Shown here: piece after piece, positions 48,709 to 62,256 of the stretch | How the letters are laid out: each line of letters starts with the position of its first letter | How positions within the stretch are numbered: the stretch's first letter is position 1 | Source: Lepidodermella squamata | Lineage: Eukaryota; Animalia; Gastrotricha | NCBI GenBank assembly: GCA_047495785.1 | Contig: JBLDXI010000009.1 | Coordinates: 3,162,001-3,226,000 of the forward strand | Direction of reading: 5' to 3' | Length of the DNA stretch: 64,000 bases | The notes under the pieces: generated by a model | Seen by the model: the letters and a program-made list of their open reading frames with translations, nothing else | The model's database searches: none | What the model was told of the DNA's origin: nothing | Made by a program: the position numbers and the translations under genes

Positions 48709-51023
48709 ATGAGTTACCAGGCTCAACATCCCAAAGGCTACTTTGTCTACTTCGACCATGCCGTTTTAGTTATAGCCATCATCTGCAATATTATTGTCCT
48801 ATCTGCAGTTATCAAAGGACGCTTTGCATTACATGGTTATAGACGATTTTTGATTAGGTAAAAAAAAATTAAGGAGGAGTTTATCATTATTATTTTTTCA
48901 TTTTTTAGCCTCGCAGTGTCGGATCTTTATGTTTGTCTCGTGAATGTAGCGACGATGATTTATCAAATCCAAATGGCCCAGTCGAACCAGGAAGCAGATC
49001 AAAGCAGTCCTAATCAAGCGTCGTCGATGATGCTGTGTGGTGCAAAGGTTCTTCGAACGCTTCAACTCGTCGGCTTTTTCGCCTCTTTGCTCAACATTGT
49101 AGGCATGAGTGTGGACCATTTTTTCGGCATCGTCTATCCGATGAATTACCAAGCGGTAAATTATTAGCCTTAATTAAATTAAATGTTATCCTCAATTCCT
49201 CCATTCATCGCAGTTGATGAGCAAGAATGCAGCGAGAAATGCAGTTATAGCAATATGGTAAGTTGAACGGACTTTTTCTTGTTCTTATTTAATTCAATTA
49301 TAAAATTTCCTATAGGGTGATATCGTTCTCGTTAGGTGAGGCATAATGATGCAATTTCCTGAGATTTTTAATCAGCGACACATTGTCCAGCTTTCCTTGA
49401 GATTCCGATAAATATCGTCTTATTCCGCGAGATTGAAAATGCTCAAATCGAAGATGGTAGGTCTATTACATGCCGTGGGATTTTTATCGCTAATGAAGTG
49501 TGCTAATCATGTGATACAGAAGCTCAGAATCCAACTCCCACTCTTTCAACAAAACAACTATTTACATCGATAGGCCCAAAGCTCGCTCAGCCGCGTTTCA
49601 CTAACTCGCATGGTCGTTTGTCGAGAGCAGTCGGAATCGATTCTGCTGAGTCTATTAACACAACAACAGTGTTACCGCTTAGCATGGATGCGTTTGAAGA
49701 GGAAGAGAATGACGAGGACGGGCGTCCTATGGATGCTTTTGATATTTTTCTCAAACAATTAAAAGGTCGCGATCACAACAGAACTGGCAACAGGTATGAC
49801 TACGTCACCTGACCTAATTCCTGACCCCATGCATTTTTCCCAGGACTTTAACCATCGAGGACATCCTGTCAGTGCTGCGTGATGACGAGAAGCAAATGGC
49901 AATTAAGGACGATGTCTGCACGTTTTTCAGCCTCAGTAAAATGTGGTTTGAAATGTGCGTTATCGGCCTGGCGCTGCTCTGTTTCGCCTTTCTCATCATC
50001 TGCTACGGGGTGATTCTTAACAGGGTTTCGAATCGCATGGATGCGCGGAAAAAGACTACGCGCAAGCTCATCCTTACCACTGTCATTCTACTCAGTGCTT
50101 TCATGGTTTGGTAAACATTTAGCCCAAATACGCTCAATTCGAGGCCATTGTAATTGCGTCCAATCCAAAGTTCAGAGGGTACTAAGGTTTTGTAACACTC
50201 CAACTGCTTAACAGGAGCTTTCAGGAGGACGCGACTACAATGGGCCCGAAATTGAGTTTTTGATTTCCTATGTCCTAACTAAACTTTATCTCTAACAGTT
50301 GGTTGCCTTTCATGGTTTTCGAATTCTCTATGCTGCTGGTATTTCAATCTGGGAACGATGCTTCGGAGAGTAAAGAAGCGGAAATATTCCTTGCTAAGTA
50401 ATATAAGCAGAATCCTTATAGCCTATATTCGATCGAACTAATTTTCAAATTTTACAGTTCATTTCATTTGCACAATGTATTCAATTCTCTGCTGATGTGT
50501 TACCCCCTTGTCGGTGAGTACTATACAGGTTCCACTCTGTTAATTTCATGGTTTTATTCACTTAACAGATCCTATCATATATGCAGTTCGCATTCCGGCT
50601 GTTCAACAGCCGATTTTGATATTAGTTGTCAAGTTATTTCCGTGCTGCTCTTCGACAACCTTCCGCTGGCTAAACAAGGCGAACCAACGCACTTTGTCGT
50701 CGAAAATGCCCAAATTAGCTAAAATGTTGAGTGCGGGAGGATCGATGCGCATAACTCACGGCAACAGTTTCAGCGGCTACTACGACCCAGTTCAGCGGAC
50801 TAGGAGCAACAGTATTAGGAATCCGTCATTAAGGTTACAACACGACTCAAGTACATTACGGAAGGAGAGGAAGGCGATGATTGACGTCAGTGACACTGCG
50901 GCATCTAATAATCGCGATGATACTTCCGCGGGTTGCTACAATGGAGGCGGTGAGATACTTGTTTGCGTTGATGAAGAGGAACGAACTCCTCAGACACCGA
51001 GGGATTCGCCGAGGCAAGCCTAG
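48709..51023 (+). CDS. Class A GPCR, array copy 13
   Basis: ATG 48709 MSYQAQHPKGYF..GYRRFLI|SLAVSDL, CGAKVLRTLQL, MSVDHF, 20-nt exon 49316..49335, KMWFE, CWLP, YPLVDPIIYAVRIP. Confidence 0.92.
50133..50256. mobile_element. Small foldback/MITE in intron of copy 13
   Basis: ctcaattcgaggccattgtaattgcgtcc vs reverse complement of right end ctcaatttcgggcccattgtagtcgcgtcc (~30-bp imperfect inverted repeat). Confidence 0.6.
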
Positions 51024-51759
51024 GTTCAGGTTGCCGTATTTTTTTATGTGAAATCCGATAAATTAATGATGAACGATGATTGATAATAAATCGCATACCA
51101 AGAATACACTTTTGCCGCTGTTTTTATATCCATTGATGCATAAAAATCGAGCTAGGGTTCTTGATGGCAAGTTGCTCTAAAATGGAAATAACATCATTGT
51201 ATCCTATGCATAACGAATGAATACAACCTGTTATTTGTTTTGCAAAGTGTTTAATCGGACAAATTTTTCAAGGGACCGCTCAGAGGATTGGGAGTATTCG
51301 CAAGGTTTTGGGGGAAAATGGATGCGCACCCTGCAACTTTTTTTCCAATGGTTTTGCATGACAATTAGATTTGATGAATGGTGGAGTGAAATTTTCCACT
51401 ATTGAATCAGCCTTTATTAAATCAAAATCAGTATCTGTAATACTTCACGATAAGACCTAACGCTCATTACTGTTTTGAACTACTACTCCTACTACTAGCC
51501 CAACATTGTCCAAACTACAAGACATCAATAACATATTAGCTAAGAAATGCGCTAATTTTCTTAGCATCAACCTCCAGGGCCTGTAAGTCGTGTCCTTAAC
51601 GTTCAGAGGAATGACGCTTGAGACATAAATATCCGAACAGATTGACGTGCAGAGGCCATGTGACGCGCAGAGAGTAATTAGCTGGTAGTATTTAGACTAA
51701 GAATATTTTCGTTCTCACATCTTCAAGTCGATTTTCCTTTAAACTTCACTTCAAACATA

Positions 51760-52183
51760 CCGTATTTTCTGAAAAACTAACCCCCGTTTAGTGCGCTGTC
51801 TTATTTAAAAGCCTAGGTAAATATAATTTTTCAAATGCATAGCCCTACCTTAAATAGTAACCTGGGCGTATAGGCCGCGTGGATATAGCCATCTCCGCTG
51901 CACTAGCGCACATGATTACAGGTGATAAAATGCACCGTAACGCACCTGGAGGTCTGCTCGAGATTCAGACGTCGCGCTGTCACCTGATTGCATGAGATTT
52001 GAATGCTGGACTAAGTGGATTAAAGCTTGATTACTTAAATTTGACACCGCCGTCGACGCGCCACATGTGGCAGTGGTGCCTGCTTTTCTATTTCCGGGTT
52101 CCATAGCCCTATCTCGAATGAAAGCCTACTTTTTGCTAGTTTTCAATTTTGAATAGTCTGGGTTAGTATTTCAGAAAATACGG
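51760..52183. mobile_element. Tc2/pogo-like MITE (424 bp)
   Basis: 24-bp TIR CCGTATTTTCTGAAA(A/T)ACTAACCC with one mismatch, TA on both sides. Confidence 0.85.
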
Positions 52184-52445
52184 TATATCTGTTAGAAAGT
52201 ATTCATTTCTATTTAACATGTATTACTGCGTTTGGAATCGGCCCTAGTGTTTTAAGAGGCTGCTATAGCTCGTTCTCTTTTTCAACTCTTGATGAACGCT
52301 ATTAAGCAATAAAATCTATACGGAAAAAACAGGCCTTGCATTTTTTCATTTCCGGCTTTTCTCAATATTTTTGACTTTTTTAGGTATTTTCATTTCCAGA
52401 CCAGACATTTTTGGGGTATTGTGTACTCGTTCTTTGTCTGGCAAT

Positions 52446-52524
52446 CACGTGCGCGAAAACGAACAGCCGCACGTGCCATTTTCAAAACTTCATTTCCCTA
52501 TCGTTTCGAATTCAAAGTCACGTG
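52446..52524. promoter_or_regulatory. Cluster of three CACGTG E-boxes upstream of copy 14
   Basis: CACGTG at 52446, 52470 and 52519 (the last as GTCACGTGA). Confidence 0.3.
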
Positions 52525-53402
52525 AGGGATCATTCAGTTCGCTTTTGGCTATAAGCCTGCGATTTATCCGCTCTGGGACATATAGCAAAGACTCTTCTGT
52601 TGGATTTGTATCGAAAATCATTGTTCATTAATGAGCGAAGACAGAACTCTCCATCCACGGCTTAAAAATGGCTGTTTTGATTCCCATGAGTTGACACAGA
52701 AAAACAAGAACATTTAATGAGATATTTGTCTTTCATTTTAAAAAATTGGCTCTCGATATTTGCATCGAATATATTAAGTTTGGAATCGTATTCCACTTCT
52801 AATAAAAAGTGCGCATTAGGAAATTTCCGTTTTCCGTTGCCTTTTTGAAATCAATGCATCTTTTTGCATCAGCGGAAGCTTTGGTGCGATAAACTTACCG
52901 CGCATCGCATTCACGAGCACAAAACATCAGATTGCCCCCATGGAGGGCCCGTTTCTTGTAATCCACTCACTCAAGCACGATGCTGTAAATCACGTTAGTA
53001 AATAAGCGCAAAAGCCATTACGCGATCGCATAGTTCTAGGCCCACCAGTATAGTACTAGGTCTTAGGTGGTCCTTGTGAGGAAGAAAATGTTTTGTAAAT
53101 GAAGTTATGCGAAAAAACCAACTCGTTATTCAGCCCGAGGGGAATGCGCTTTTCGGGCAATCAATAATTTTTATCTCCCAATTGTCATCACTTGCCTTAC
53201 AACAGTCCTCGATTAATTTCAGGACGGCATAAGTATTCGAAAACAACCACATTCATGCGAAATATCTCATTATATCCTCGCAAATCCATTTATTGCGTGT
53301 GCAAGTGGGCGAGAATAGGCCTGTCTAAATTGAGTTAATTCTAATCACGCATTATCGCCTACTTCATACTAATCCAAGTATCATGTTTGTAGGGAAATAG
53401 TC

Positions 53403-55290
53403 ATGTCACTTTTAAATAGCCCAAAGGGTGCCTTCGCAGTGTTTGACCTTACCGTTGTCTTGATGGCAATGCTCGCAAACTGCGTCGTCCTAGCCGCTGT
53501 GATACGAGGCAAGTTCAGTCAAACACAAAAGGGCGGATATCGAAGTTTCCTGATCAGCCTCGCCTCGTGCGACTTATTTTCTTGTGTCGTCAACTTGTTG
53601 ACAATGGTCTACCAAATTTACATGGCATCGATTGCCAACAGCAACTCGCCATCTTTCCTTAAATGTGGCGCTAATGTCCTTAGGACGCTGCAATTGGCCG
53701 GATTCTTCACCAATCTTCTAAATCTAAGCGCTATGAGCCTAGATCACTTCTTCAGTGTCGTAAGTTTTCAATTGAGCTCTCTTGCAACTCCAGCTAATCG
53801 AATTACATAGGTTTATGCTGTAAAATACCGTCAATTGATGAATGACAGAATATCTAGAATGGCCATCGTGTCCATATGGATCTCAGCCTTCATGATGGGT
53901 AAGACTATAATTTTAGCATTTCCGTATCCGATCTAACAAATGAATTCCAGCATCGCTAGACATTCCGATCAATGTCCTAATCTACAGAGACATTGCCTCA
54001 ACAAATGCTGAGACCTATCAACCCCCGGTACCTAATAATCAAGGTCAGCTTGTTGATGATTCATGCTAATTAAATACTTATTCTATTGTAATTTATCAGA
54101 TCAATTATTGCGGGGCAATTTCCTTGAGATGAAGCCTTCCTCCGATGCCCTTTTGCTTCGAATGGGATCAATCCCTAGAGCGATAGGGCATCAATCCTCA
54201 ACTGTAGTGCCTCTTGCTTACTCGACTGTCACTACAGCTGCCCCTCGAACCCCAAGAAGGTCAAAGTCCAAAATGAAGAGGATCGCTAAAACTTCTTTTG
54301 GGGAGCTTAATGCTGCTACTTCGTTGAGGAAACCAGAAAACGAGTCAGAGATACTCTCAATCGATCCAGCAGCCCCGACTAGGAATAAAACGAATACGAA
54401 GGAGATGCTCAACAAAATTTTGTTAATGCTGCGCGAAGATGAAGAACAGCGGATGATGGCGGAGCAACAACAGCAACATGCCTGCACATTTTTCTCAGTC
54501 AAAAAATTCTGGTTCGAAATGTGTATATTCTGCCTGGTCATCATTTGTTTCACACTTCTCATCGTATGCTATGGAGTCATCTTTCAGCGAGTGACCGGCA
54601 GATTCGACTCGTCAGGCAGGCGGACGAAACGCTTGATTGTCACCACGGTCATCTTTTTAGGAGCTTTCGCAATATGGTGAGAGATTGACGATTGAGCGAT
54701 TCAATTTTCACGGATTTCTTTTCTAATTAGCTGGCTTCCCTTTATGATTTTCGAATTTTCAATGTTGCTGATTTTTCAAAATATGGCCGAAGCGTCTAAC
54801 GAGTCTGGCTTGCAAAATGAAACAAGTGGCCTAGTTTAGTAAGTCCTCGCCTCTTCTGAGTTTTCTTGATCGAACTTTCGAAAAATTATAGCTTCTTTTT
54901 TACTCAAAATCTATTCAATTCTCTACTATGGTGCTATCCTTTATGTGATCCTCTCATCTACGCTTTCCGAGTTCCTGTTGTTCAGACGTAAGTCAAATCT
55001 TTACACATAATACAGTTTAATATTTTTTCCGTTAACTCAGGTTCATTTTGACCCACGTGGCTGAGATTTTCCCGTGTTGCGCCCCAGCAGCTTTCCGTTA
55101 CCTCGCTCGCCGTAAAAATACCCTCGCGCCCACCTCCAGCTTGAGGGACCCCAAGGCTTTGCTCCAGCCGTGCACAGATGGAGATGGCGCAAAATCGCCA
55201 CCCGGTAATAGGTATTCTATCGTTTGCCGATCTCGTGAGATGGATAACGAGAAAGTGACCAGTGTGAAAACCGGTGTTGTTGCTATCTAA
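53403..55290 (+). CDS. Class A GPCR, array copy 14
   Basis: SPKGAF, GYRSFLISLASCDL, KCGANVLRTLQL, MSLDHF, KFWFE, CWLP, YPLCDPLIYAFRVP. Confidence 0.93.
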
Positions 55291-58200
55291 TAGAAGGTTG
55301 ATTTTCTAGAGCGAAACGACAATTAACTTTTACCGCTGATATATGGATTATACTAATTCTTCTTAACCTGAAAGGGAATAAAGATGAGATTTTCATCTAA
55401 TCTTGGTATAGTTTTTGAACATTTTTTTATTTATAGAACTACTCCGTTTTCAATGAAATCTTGTCAAAAACCGCCGAGTCGGCCGTTATCTCTCATTCAA
55501 TTCATGATTGATCAAAGCTAAATAGCACCTGTAAATATTTTGAAAAGCTACAGCACTGTGTAGCTATCTTGATTGAGTCTCGTTTGGTCTTGTAAGTGCT
55601 CAAAGAATAAAGAAAATGTAATGTAGGTCTTGCAACCCGCATGATGGACAAGGACAGCAGTGCCACGCTATGCTGCTTCAGTGGCAAGGGCCGCATAGAG
55701 TTTTCTCGACGTTTGCTCGCCAATGTTGGCAAAGACTTCAAAGATTCAACAAGACTATAGGAGATGGGAGATTGGCCGGATTTTAAACCACAGGGCCTTT
55801 TACAGCATATGCCAGTTCTAGAATTGACGAATAAAGGTGGAAATTTCGTAATGCTTCCGCAAAGCAATGCTATTGTCCTTATACTCCGGCTCTAATCTTC
55901 GGATTGAACAAAAATACCTTGCTGCCACAGGCTCGTGCTATCGAGTTGATGGAAGCTAAGCGCTATGGCCACTTTTGAAAAAGACCATGTGAAAAGAGAG
56001 CTGAAAGTCGTCCGAAGTAGGAAATCGATGGCTTCCGTGCAAAATCTCCATTCATCTGCGAACTCGGAAAGGAAAGCCTAGACAACCCCGGAGTCAATAC
56101 TATTTGTCCTATCGACCTAAAAGTCAGAGTTCTGTCAATAACAAACTCTCAAATTTTCGAATCTATGATCGTGAATAATCTGGCCTAATTGTTAAAGATG
56201 GAGTAAGAAGTTGATGGAACCGGTAAAGGGTTCTTATTTACCTTGAAAATTCGCCATAAAAATCATTTTCTGATTTTTAATCGAATTCTCACTAAATAGA
56301 ATATCCTTTATCCTATATGCTGCTAAACACAAACACCAACCATATGTGATTCACTATAACGAGATAAATGCCTCATTTTGCGCAATAGAGAACACTTGAA
56401 TGTGACGATTTCATTGGAAATTCTGACGAGGCGCCGTTATAGCTGTGAAATATATGAATGATTTGGTCATCAATAGAATGCCGCACAGCTATTAGTGACC
56501 TCATTTCGCAGAGCGGCCGACTGCTTCTGAGAGGAGCATTATTAGCTTCATAAATTCTCAGATAGCGTGAAAGCGGACTCGCGAGTAATAATGCCTCGAT
56601 GCTATCTAGCAATATAGGAGTAAAAAAATCGACGTGTCATACTTTTACTGAAAAAAATGTGCGATAAATTGATTAGATTTCCTTATTGACGTTCATACAC
56701 CCCCCGAATTTATTTAATTTTAGTATATGTCCCTCTCCATCCAAGTTACGACTATTCACGGCAGAAATTAGGCAAGAAAACATTTTATTTTTTCGCCTCG
56801 CCTCGTCTGAAGCCGATCAACGTCAACGCGGGCTTTCAATAAAATTAGCACGTTAATTATTGAATATTACGGCTTGCAATTTACTTCTCATTCAAAGATC
56901 GATGTAGGATGAAACGTATTTATCCAACCCAACACCTCATATCTAGCTCGTCTCTATTACTTGAAAAAACAACCGCCATAAAATGCGTCTGAGCCAGCTT
57001 AACTTTACATCAATAACTTATATTGTGCTTGAGTGCTGAATTTAGTCACGTTGATGCATGCTGCTGTTGCTGATTGCTGAACTCGTGATTTACACCGCTA
57101 TAAAATCCGATAGCTTGAACTCGAAAAACAACAGCCATGCAGCTGTGTGCCTTGCAACCCGACCTGCTAAATATTGCTTGTCGTGCACGAGAAGGTGATC
57201 GCGATAGGATGCTATTGCGAACACATCTTTTCAATGCATGTTCACTCCTTCGCGTTCTTATCGAGGCTTTGTAATAACATCATCATGAGTTTTTTGCTAA
57301 CATTATTTCTATTTGCTTAGGGCCAAAATAATGGTTTAATGAAATTTCAGTTCATCTCCTTATTTCCTAGATTTTTGAATTCCTCTGGGACTAGTCGAGA
57401 ATTAGCAGCCATGTCGAGGCCTGGCAAATGTTGAGCTAATTATTTGTCTATTGAAAAAAACTGGGCGTATCCAGAATGTTGTGGCATAGCCATCGATTTT
57501 GTAATCTGCAATATAAACCTTCCTCTCCTAGACGATTTTCGTGCGAATATTATTGAGTGCAAATAACTGATTCCAGAGCTTTTTCAATCGTAATAGATCT
57601 TCTCTTGGCTCAGTCGCATTATACTTGAGTCGTATTTCGCATGCGCAGTTAGCTAAGTTATTTTTTCTGCAATAATCATCAGTGCGTGAAACGCGACAAA
57701 ACTCGTTCAATTTTTTGGGCCGCGCGCTCACACGAGATGAGTATCATCAAATCGCCTCTGCTGATCAACGCCTTCAATTTACCATACTTATAGAGGAAAT
57801 CGAACTTTCGGCCGACAGTTTTTGCGGCTTCCCCAAAACTTGAGCCGAATTTTGGAGTTGGCCCGGACAATAATATTAGTCTACCATTTTTATATGTTAA
57901 TGTTATTTTTCTGAATTAACAATGTCCCTAATGACAACGGATAATTTTACAATAATCTTTATAATACAATAATTACAATGCCTTTTGAATCCTATAATTG
58001 TTATTCTATTAAATTTTTGCTTGTTAATTTATCTCATTGCGATCTATGCTTTTTCGAAATCACCCATCGTTACCAGCCGAGGGTATAATGAGTGATGTCT
58101 ATGCATACCCAGCATTTTTCATCTCCACCTCTCGACCAGCTGATTGAACTAATTTTGTGTTTTCTGATTTTTATCTCGCAAATGGAAACAGCTGTGAGTT

Positions 58201-58807
58201 CGATTATTAACTGCGCAAAAATTTTGATTAGCCCACCTGATATTCGTTCAAATACAAATATTGCAAATAACATAACTTGTTAGTTAGATGATCCAAATAA
58301 GCACACACGCGTTTTTGTCTCTGCATTGTAGAATAGCAAAATTTGACACGTAGAGATTCAGCTTTAGAGGGGCATTCATTGAAAACCTCGAAATGTTCTT
58401 ATAAGTTTTAAGCGGATGAAAACTTTGAATTTTGAAAATCTCTAAGCTAATGCGATTTTCATTCACAATCCTTTCTCAATTTTCTAGGACAATTTTTCAA
58501 TTTACCCGAATATTTCCTCAATACTGACAATTTTTATATTGCTAAATGTAAACCTACCTACAATATAGATACAGTCACCACATAGATCTATTCAGTATTG
58601 CGCTGTAGCATTCATCCTGGGAACAAACCGCTATATGAGTCCGGGTTCCAATGTCTGTTTAGAGCCAGCAGCGCACATTATTAAAAATCTGTGAACCGTA
58701 AAAATGAGTGCTTTTTTGGAAATTTTCGATTTTTAGTATAATTTTAGTATTGGCATGCCAGATACCTGCTACTGAAAATGGTTCGACGGTGATATTTCCT
58801 GGAGAAA

Positions 58808-61070
58808 ATGGACAGCATCCTGTACGGCAATAAGGGCTACTTTGTGATCTTCGACTACACCGTGGCTTTTTTCGCTATTATCGCTAACTGTCTTATCCTG
58901 TTTGCAATCACCCGATGCCACTTCAGCCTTCCCGGTTACAGGCGTTTCTTACTCAGCCTTACTGCAGCGGATCTTTACGTGGTACGTGCTTTTATAATTG
59001 CGGAAACGCTTTAGAGATATATCGCATTTAATTGCAGTGTTGTGTCAATGTCCTGACGCTGATATTTCAAATTTTCACCTCGCTCAACACCTCAGCAACG
59101 CCTATGATCGATCATCCTTACTTCAACTGCGGGGCGAATGTCCTCCGAACCTTACAGCTAGCCGGCTTCTTCACAAACCTACTAAGCTTATGTGGCATGA
59201 GCCTGGATCACTTTGTCGGCCTAATTTATCCGCTGAAATACCGATATGTAAGCATTTTTCCTTTTTAAGGTGGATTTTTAATATTTCTCGAATTTAAGTG
59301 GATGAGTCAAAATATGGCCAGGTTGGCCGTTGTAGCCATTTGGATAGTTTCTTTCGCCCTAGCATTTATGGATATTCCAATAAACGTTATTCTCTACCAA
59401 AACGTTGCCGATGCAAAAGCTGCTCCGCATGAAATGGAAGACCGCTCTGGGGAAACTTCCGACTTCAAGCGGCTGAGCCTATCGTTGAGAGCGCTCATGT
59501 CTGTTGAATCGACAACAGAGCCTGTGGTATCAAATGCGCATTCAATAACTGCATCCTTACGACCTCCCTCGACCGCTGCTGTTACCGCGTCTATTTCATA
59601 CGTGCTGTCTTCCGGTGACAAAGTAATCCGATCTAAAGGCAACGCCCACACTGTATCATCTTCTTCTCGAATAAGGTTTAAACAATTAAAATCCCCGCAT
59701 CCCATTCCATTTTCTATCCTAGTGTTAATGCAAAACTGCTTGGTCCATCTCCGAGTGAGGTGGAACTCACCACTCCGCTGTTTATCAATGGTGATTCCGA
59801 CAACATAACCACGACGAAAAATCCGGCTGAGCTGTTGAATAGAATATTCATGCTGCTACAGGAAGAAGAAGAAGCGTTGAGGATAAATCAAACTACAGGT
59901 CTGTAAGCTTTCGCATCGATTTTTGTTTTCAATTTCAGTGTCCTTAGATATATGCACGTTTTATCACGAAACAAAGATGTGGTTTGAAATATCAACTCTG
60001 GTCCTTGCGATTCTGTGCTCAGTATTTTTAACAATCAGCTATGGAATAATCGTTAAAAAGGTAACTCTTACTTCCGTGCGATCCGTAGCCTATCGATCTA
60101 ACTTTGCTTCGCTCAGGTTTCTGACAGCACGGATGTGTCCGGTAAACGCACAACTCGCAAGCTCATCTTCACGACTGCGATGCTCCTGGGAGTTTTCATG
60201 ATTTGCTGGATGCCTTTCATTTCATTCGAGCTAGTTATGCTGGTTCTCTTCCAGCGAAGCAACAGCTACATTAGCGAGACCCACAAAGAAAGTGTCCTAA
60301 TCCAGTACGCCATTTTCCTTTCCGATTTTCATGCATATAATTTTGGACATTTCAGATCTCTCTTGGTGCAACAAATTCTGAACTCACTACTTCGTACTTA
60401 CCCTTTGATTGGTTTGTTGGAGATAAATGTGTCCTCATTAAATTTAGATGTCTCTTTTTCACTAGATCCTTTGATTTACGCTGTTCGGATACCGGCTATT
60501 CAACAGCAGTTCGCAATTTGGTTTATCAAGACTTTTCCAAAATGCTGCGGCCCGTTCTGCCTGAAATACATAAGACCCCGCAATACCAGCCAACGTATAA
60601 TGATGGCTAAGCTATCTCGGAACTGCAGCATGCCAAGCATAGCGGCTCTCGAGATGACAAAAGAAACAGCTGTGGCTCTGCTAGCTCAAAGCCGTTTGCA
60701 ATCCAGTTACTCCAGTAGCGGCACGCCAGTGAGCATGCCGACGAAAATCAACCATCAACAAGTCGGCTATTACCCGGCTAAATCACTGTCGAAAAACTCG
60801 AGCGGTAGAAGTCTGAAAAACGAACCCGTTGTATCGAACGGAAAGGCCAAGAAGGTGAAAGTTGTCGATAGCCCCAAAACCAAAAGGACAAGTCTGTTTG
60901 TTCGACAGGCGTCGCAAGCTACGGAGAAGTCTCGATACAGCGATTCAGCTGATTTTGCGATTTCGCCAAACTATTTGAAGCAATCATGCTCGTCGCCTCG
61001 CCTGCCGTTAACGCGGCAACAAAACTTTTTCGACAGTTTTACCTCTGATAGTGAAGGTTCAAGAGTGTGA
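58808..61070 (+). CDS. Class A GPCR, array copy 15
   Basis: GNKGYF, GYRRFLLSLTAADL, CGANVLRTLQL, MSLDHF, KMWFE, CWMP, YPLIDPLIYAVRIP. Ends GSRV*. Confidence 0.93.
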
Positions 61071-61738
61071 TTTATCCTCCCAGACGCAATAAAGTATTTT
61101 CGAAATTTTTATCGATTAAATAGATGTTTTTCTACCGCATGCCGAGTAATGTTGAAACGGCTTAAGGATTCTTTCCGAGGCAAGTTGAGATCCTAAATCC
61201 CTGTTTTTAATGGATCTCACGCTGCAGACTCAATAAGGAACGTAGGATTTGGAGTGATGATTTCCCATTGCCAATGCGTTGCCATTACCAAACGAGGCGT
61301 TGAAATTAATTAGGAAGCTGTTTTCATTTCCAGTTTATGCCGCCTGAATAATTCCGTATTATCACGTGATTTATCCATAAATTTAGCAAACTTCTCCTGT
61401 TCAGTTTCGTTTTGTGCTGAAACATCAACTGGACCAGTCTCGGATATTCCTATGTGTAACGCTTTAGCGAATTTTATGTTCTGGACGCAATTTTTAGCCA
61501 CTCAGTGTCATTGCATTCGGGGACAAAGCCGATCCCTTGAGATGCTGATCATCTCTTTCTACATTCCGCCTGACAGCGCAGAAATATGTATGTGCATTCA
61601 TTGGAACGAGTTCTAGTTTCTCCTTGACGATGTCAAAATTCTCATGCGATACATCACCATTCCTAACTGTAGGGTATATTTTTGTCTAACAGTCTTTTTG
61701 AACTTAATTAAAACTTGAAAGCTTATATAATTAAGACT

Positions 61739-62180
61739 AAAGCATAGAATTGTCTTCAAAAATATAGATAAATTAGCTTGGCCAATTCGATATTTCACGA
61801 TATAACATTCGTAAATCATTTATATTTGAACTCGCCGCACTCAAAGCACTCGTATAGATCTCGTAAAACACATTCACCTCGTAAAATCTCGTCTCCACTC
61901 ACCTACCGGCTCGTTCCGCCTCGGTTTCACTCGTTTCATTCGTTTTACTCGATCTATATTTCGAGCTACACTCAAATATATATTTCTACTCATGTTATAA
62001 CATACAAAGATAGAATTGCCCTAAATTATATAGGCCGAGTAGCTTGGCCAATTCAATATTTTACGATATAACATTCATAAATCGTTTATATTTGAACTCC
62101 GCCATGCTCGATTTACTCATCTCAACTCGTCGCCGATTCGCCTCCGATTCGTTTCGATTCGTAAATCTCGGCCGGCTCCG
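61739..62180. repeat. Tandem direct duplication (~267-bp period) upstream of copy 16
   Basis: atagaattg..agcttggccaattc.atattt.acgatataacattc.taaatc.tttatatttgaactc at ~61739-61842 and ~62006-62110, each followed by a CTCGT/TTCG-rich tract. Confidence 0.8.
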
Positions 62181-62256
62181 TTCTGATATTAACTCATATT
62201 ATAGCATACAAATATTACATGCTTGCGTTAGGATCATAGGTTTAAGCGGAAATCCG

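Noticed and set aside
60305-60465. Stop-free 3n introns that ORFs read through (also 378..434 and the TM4 intron of copy 8)
   Set aside because: With on the order of a hundred ~50-nt introns, several such cases are expected by chance. No evidence of regulated retention.
61250-61501. Minus-strand ORF with HIGISETG resembling a LINE endonuclease motif
   Set aside because: Only a short motif-like resemblance, with no RT domain or other EEP motifs recognisable.
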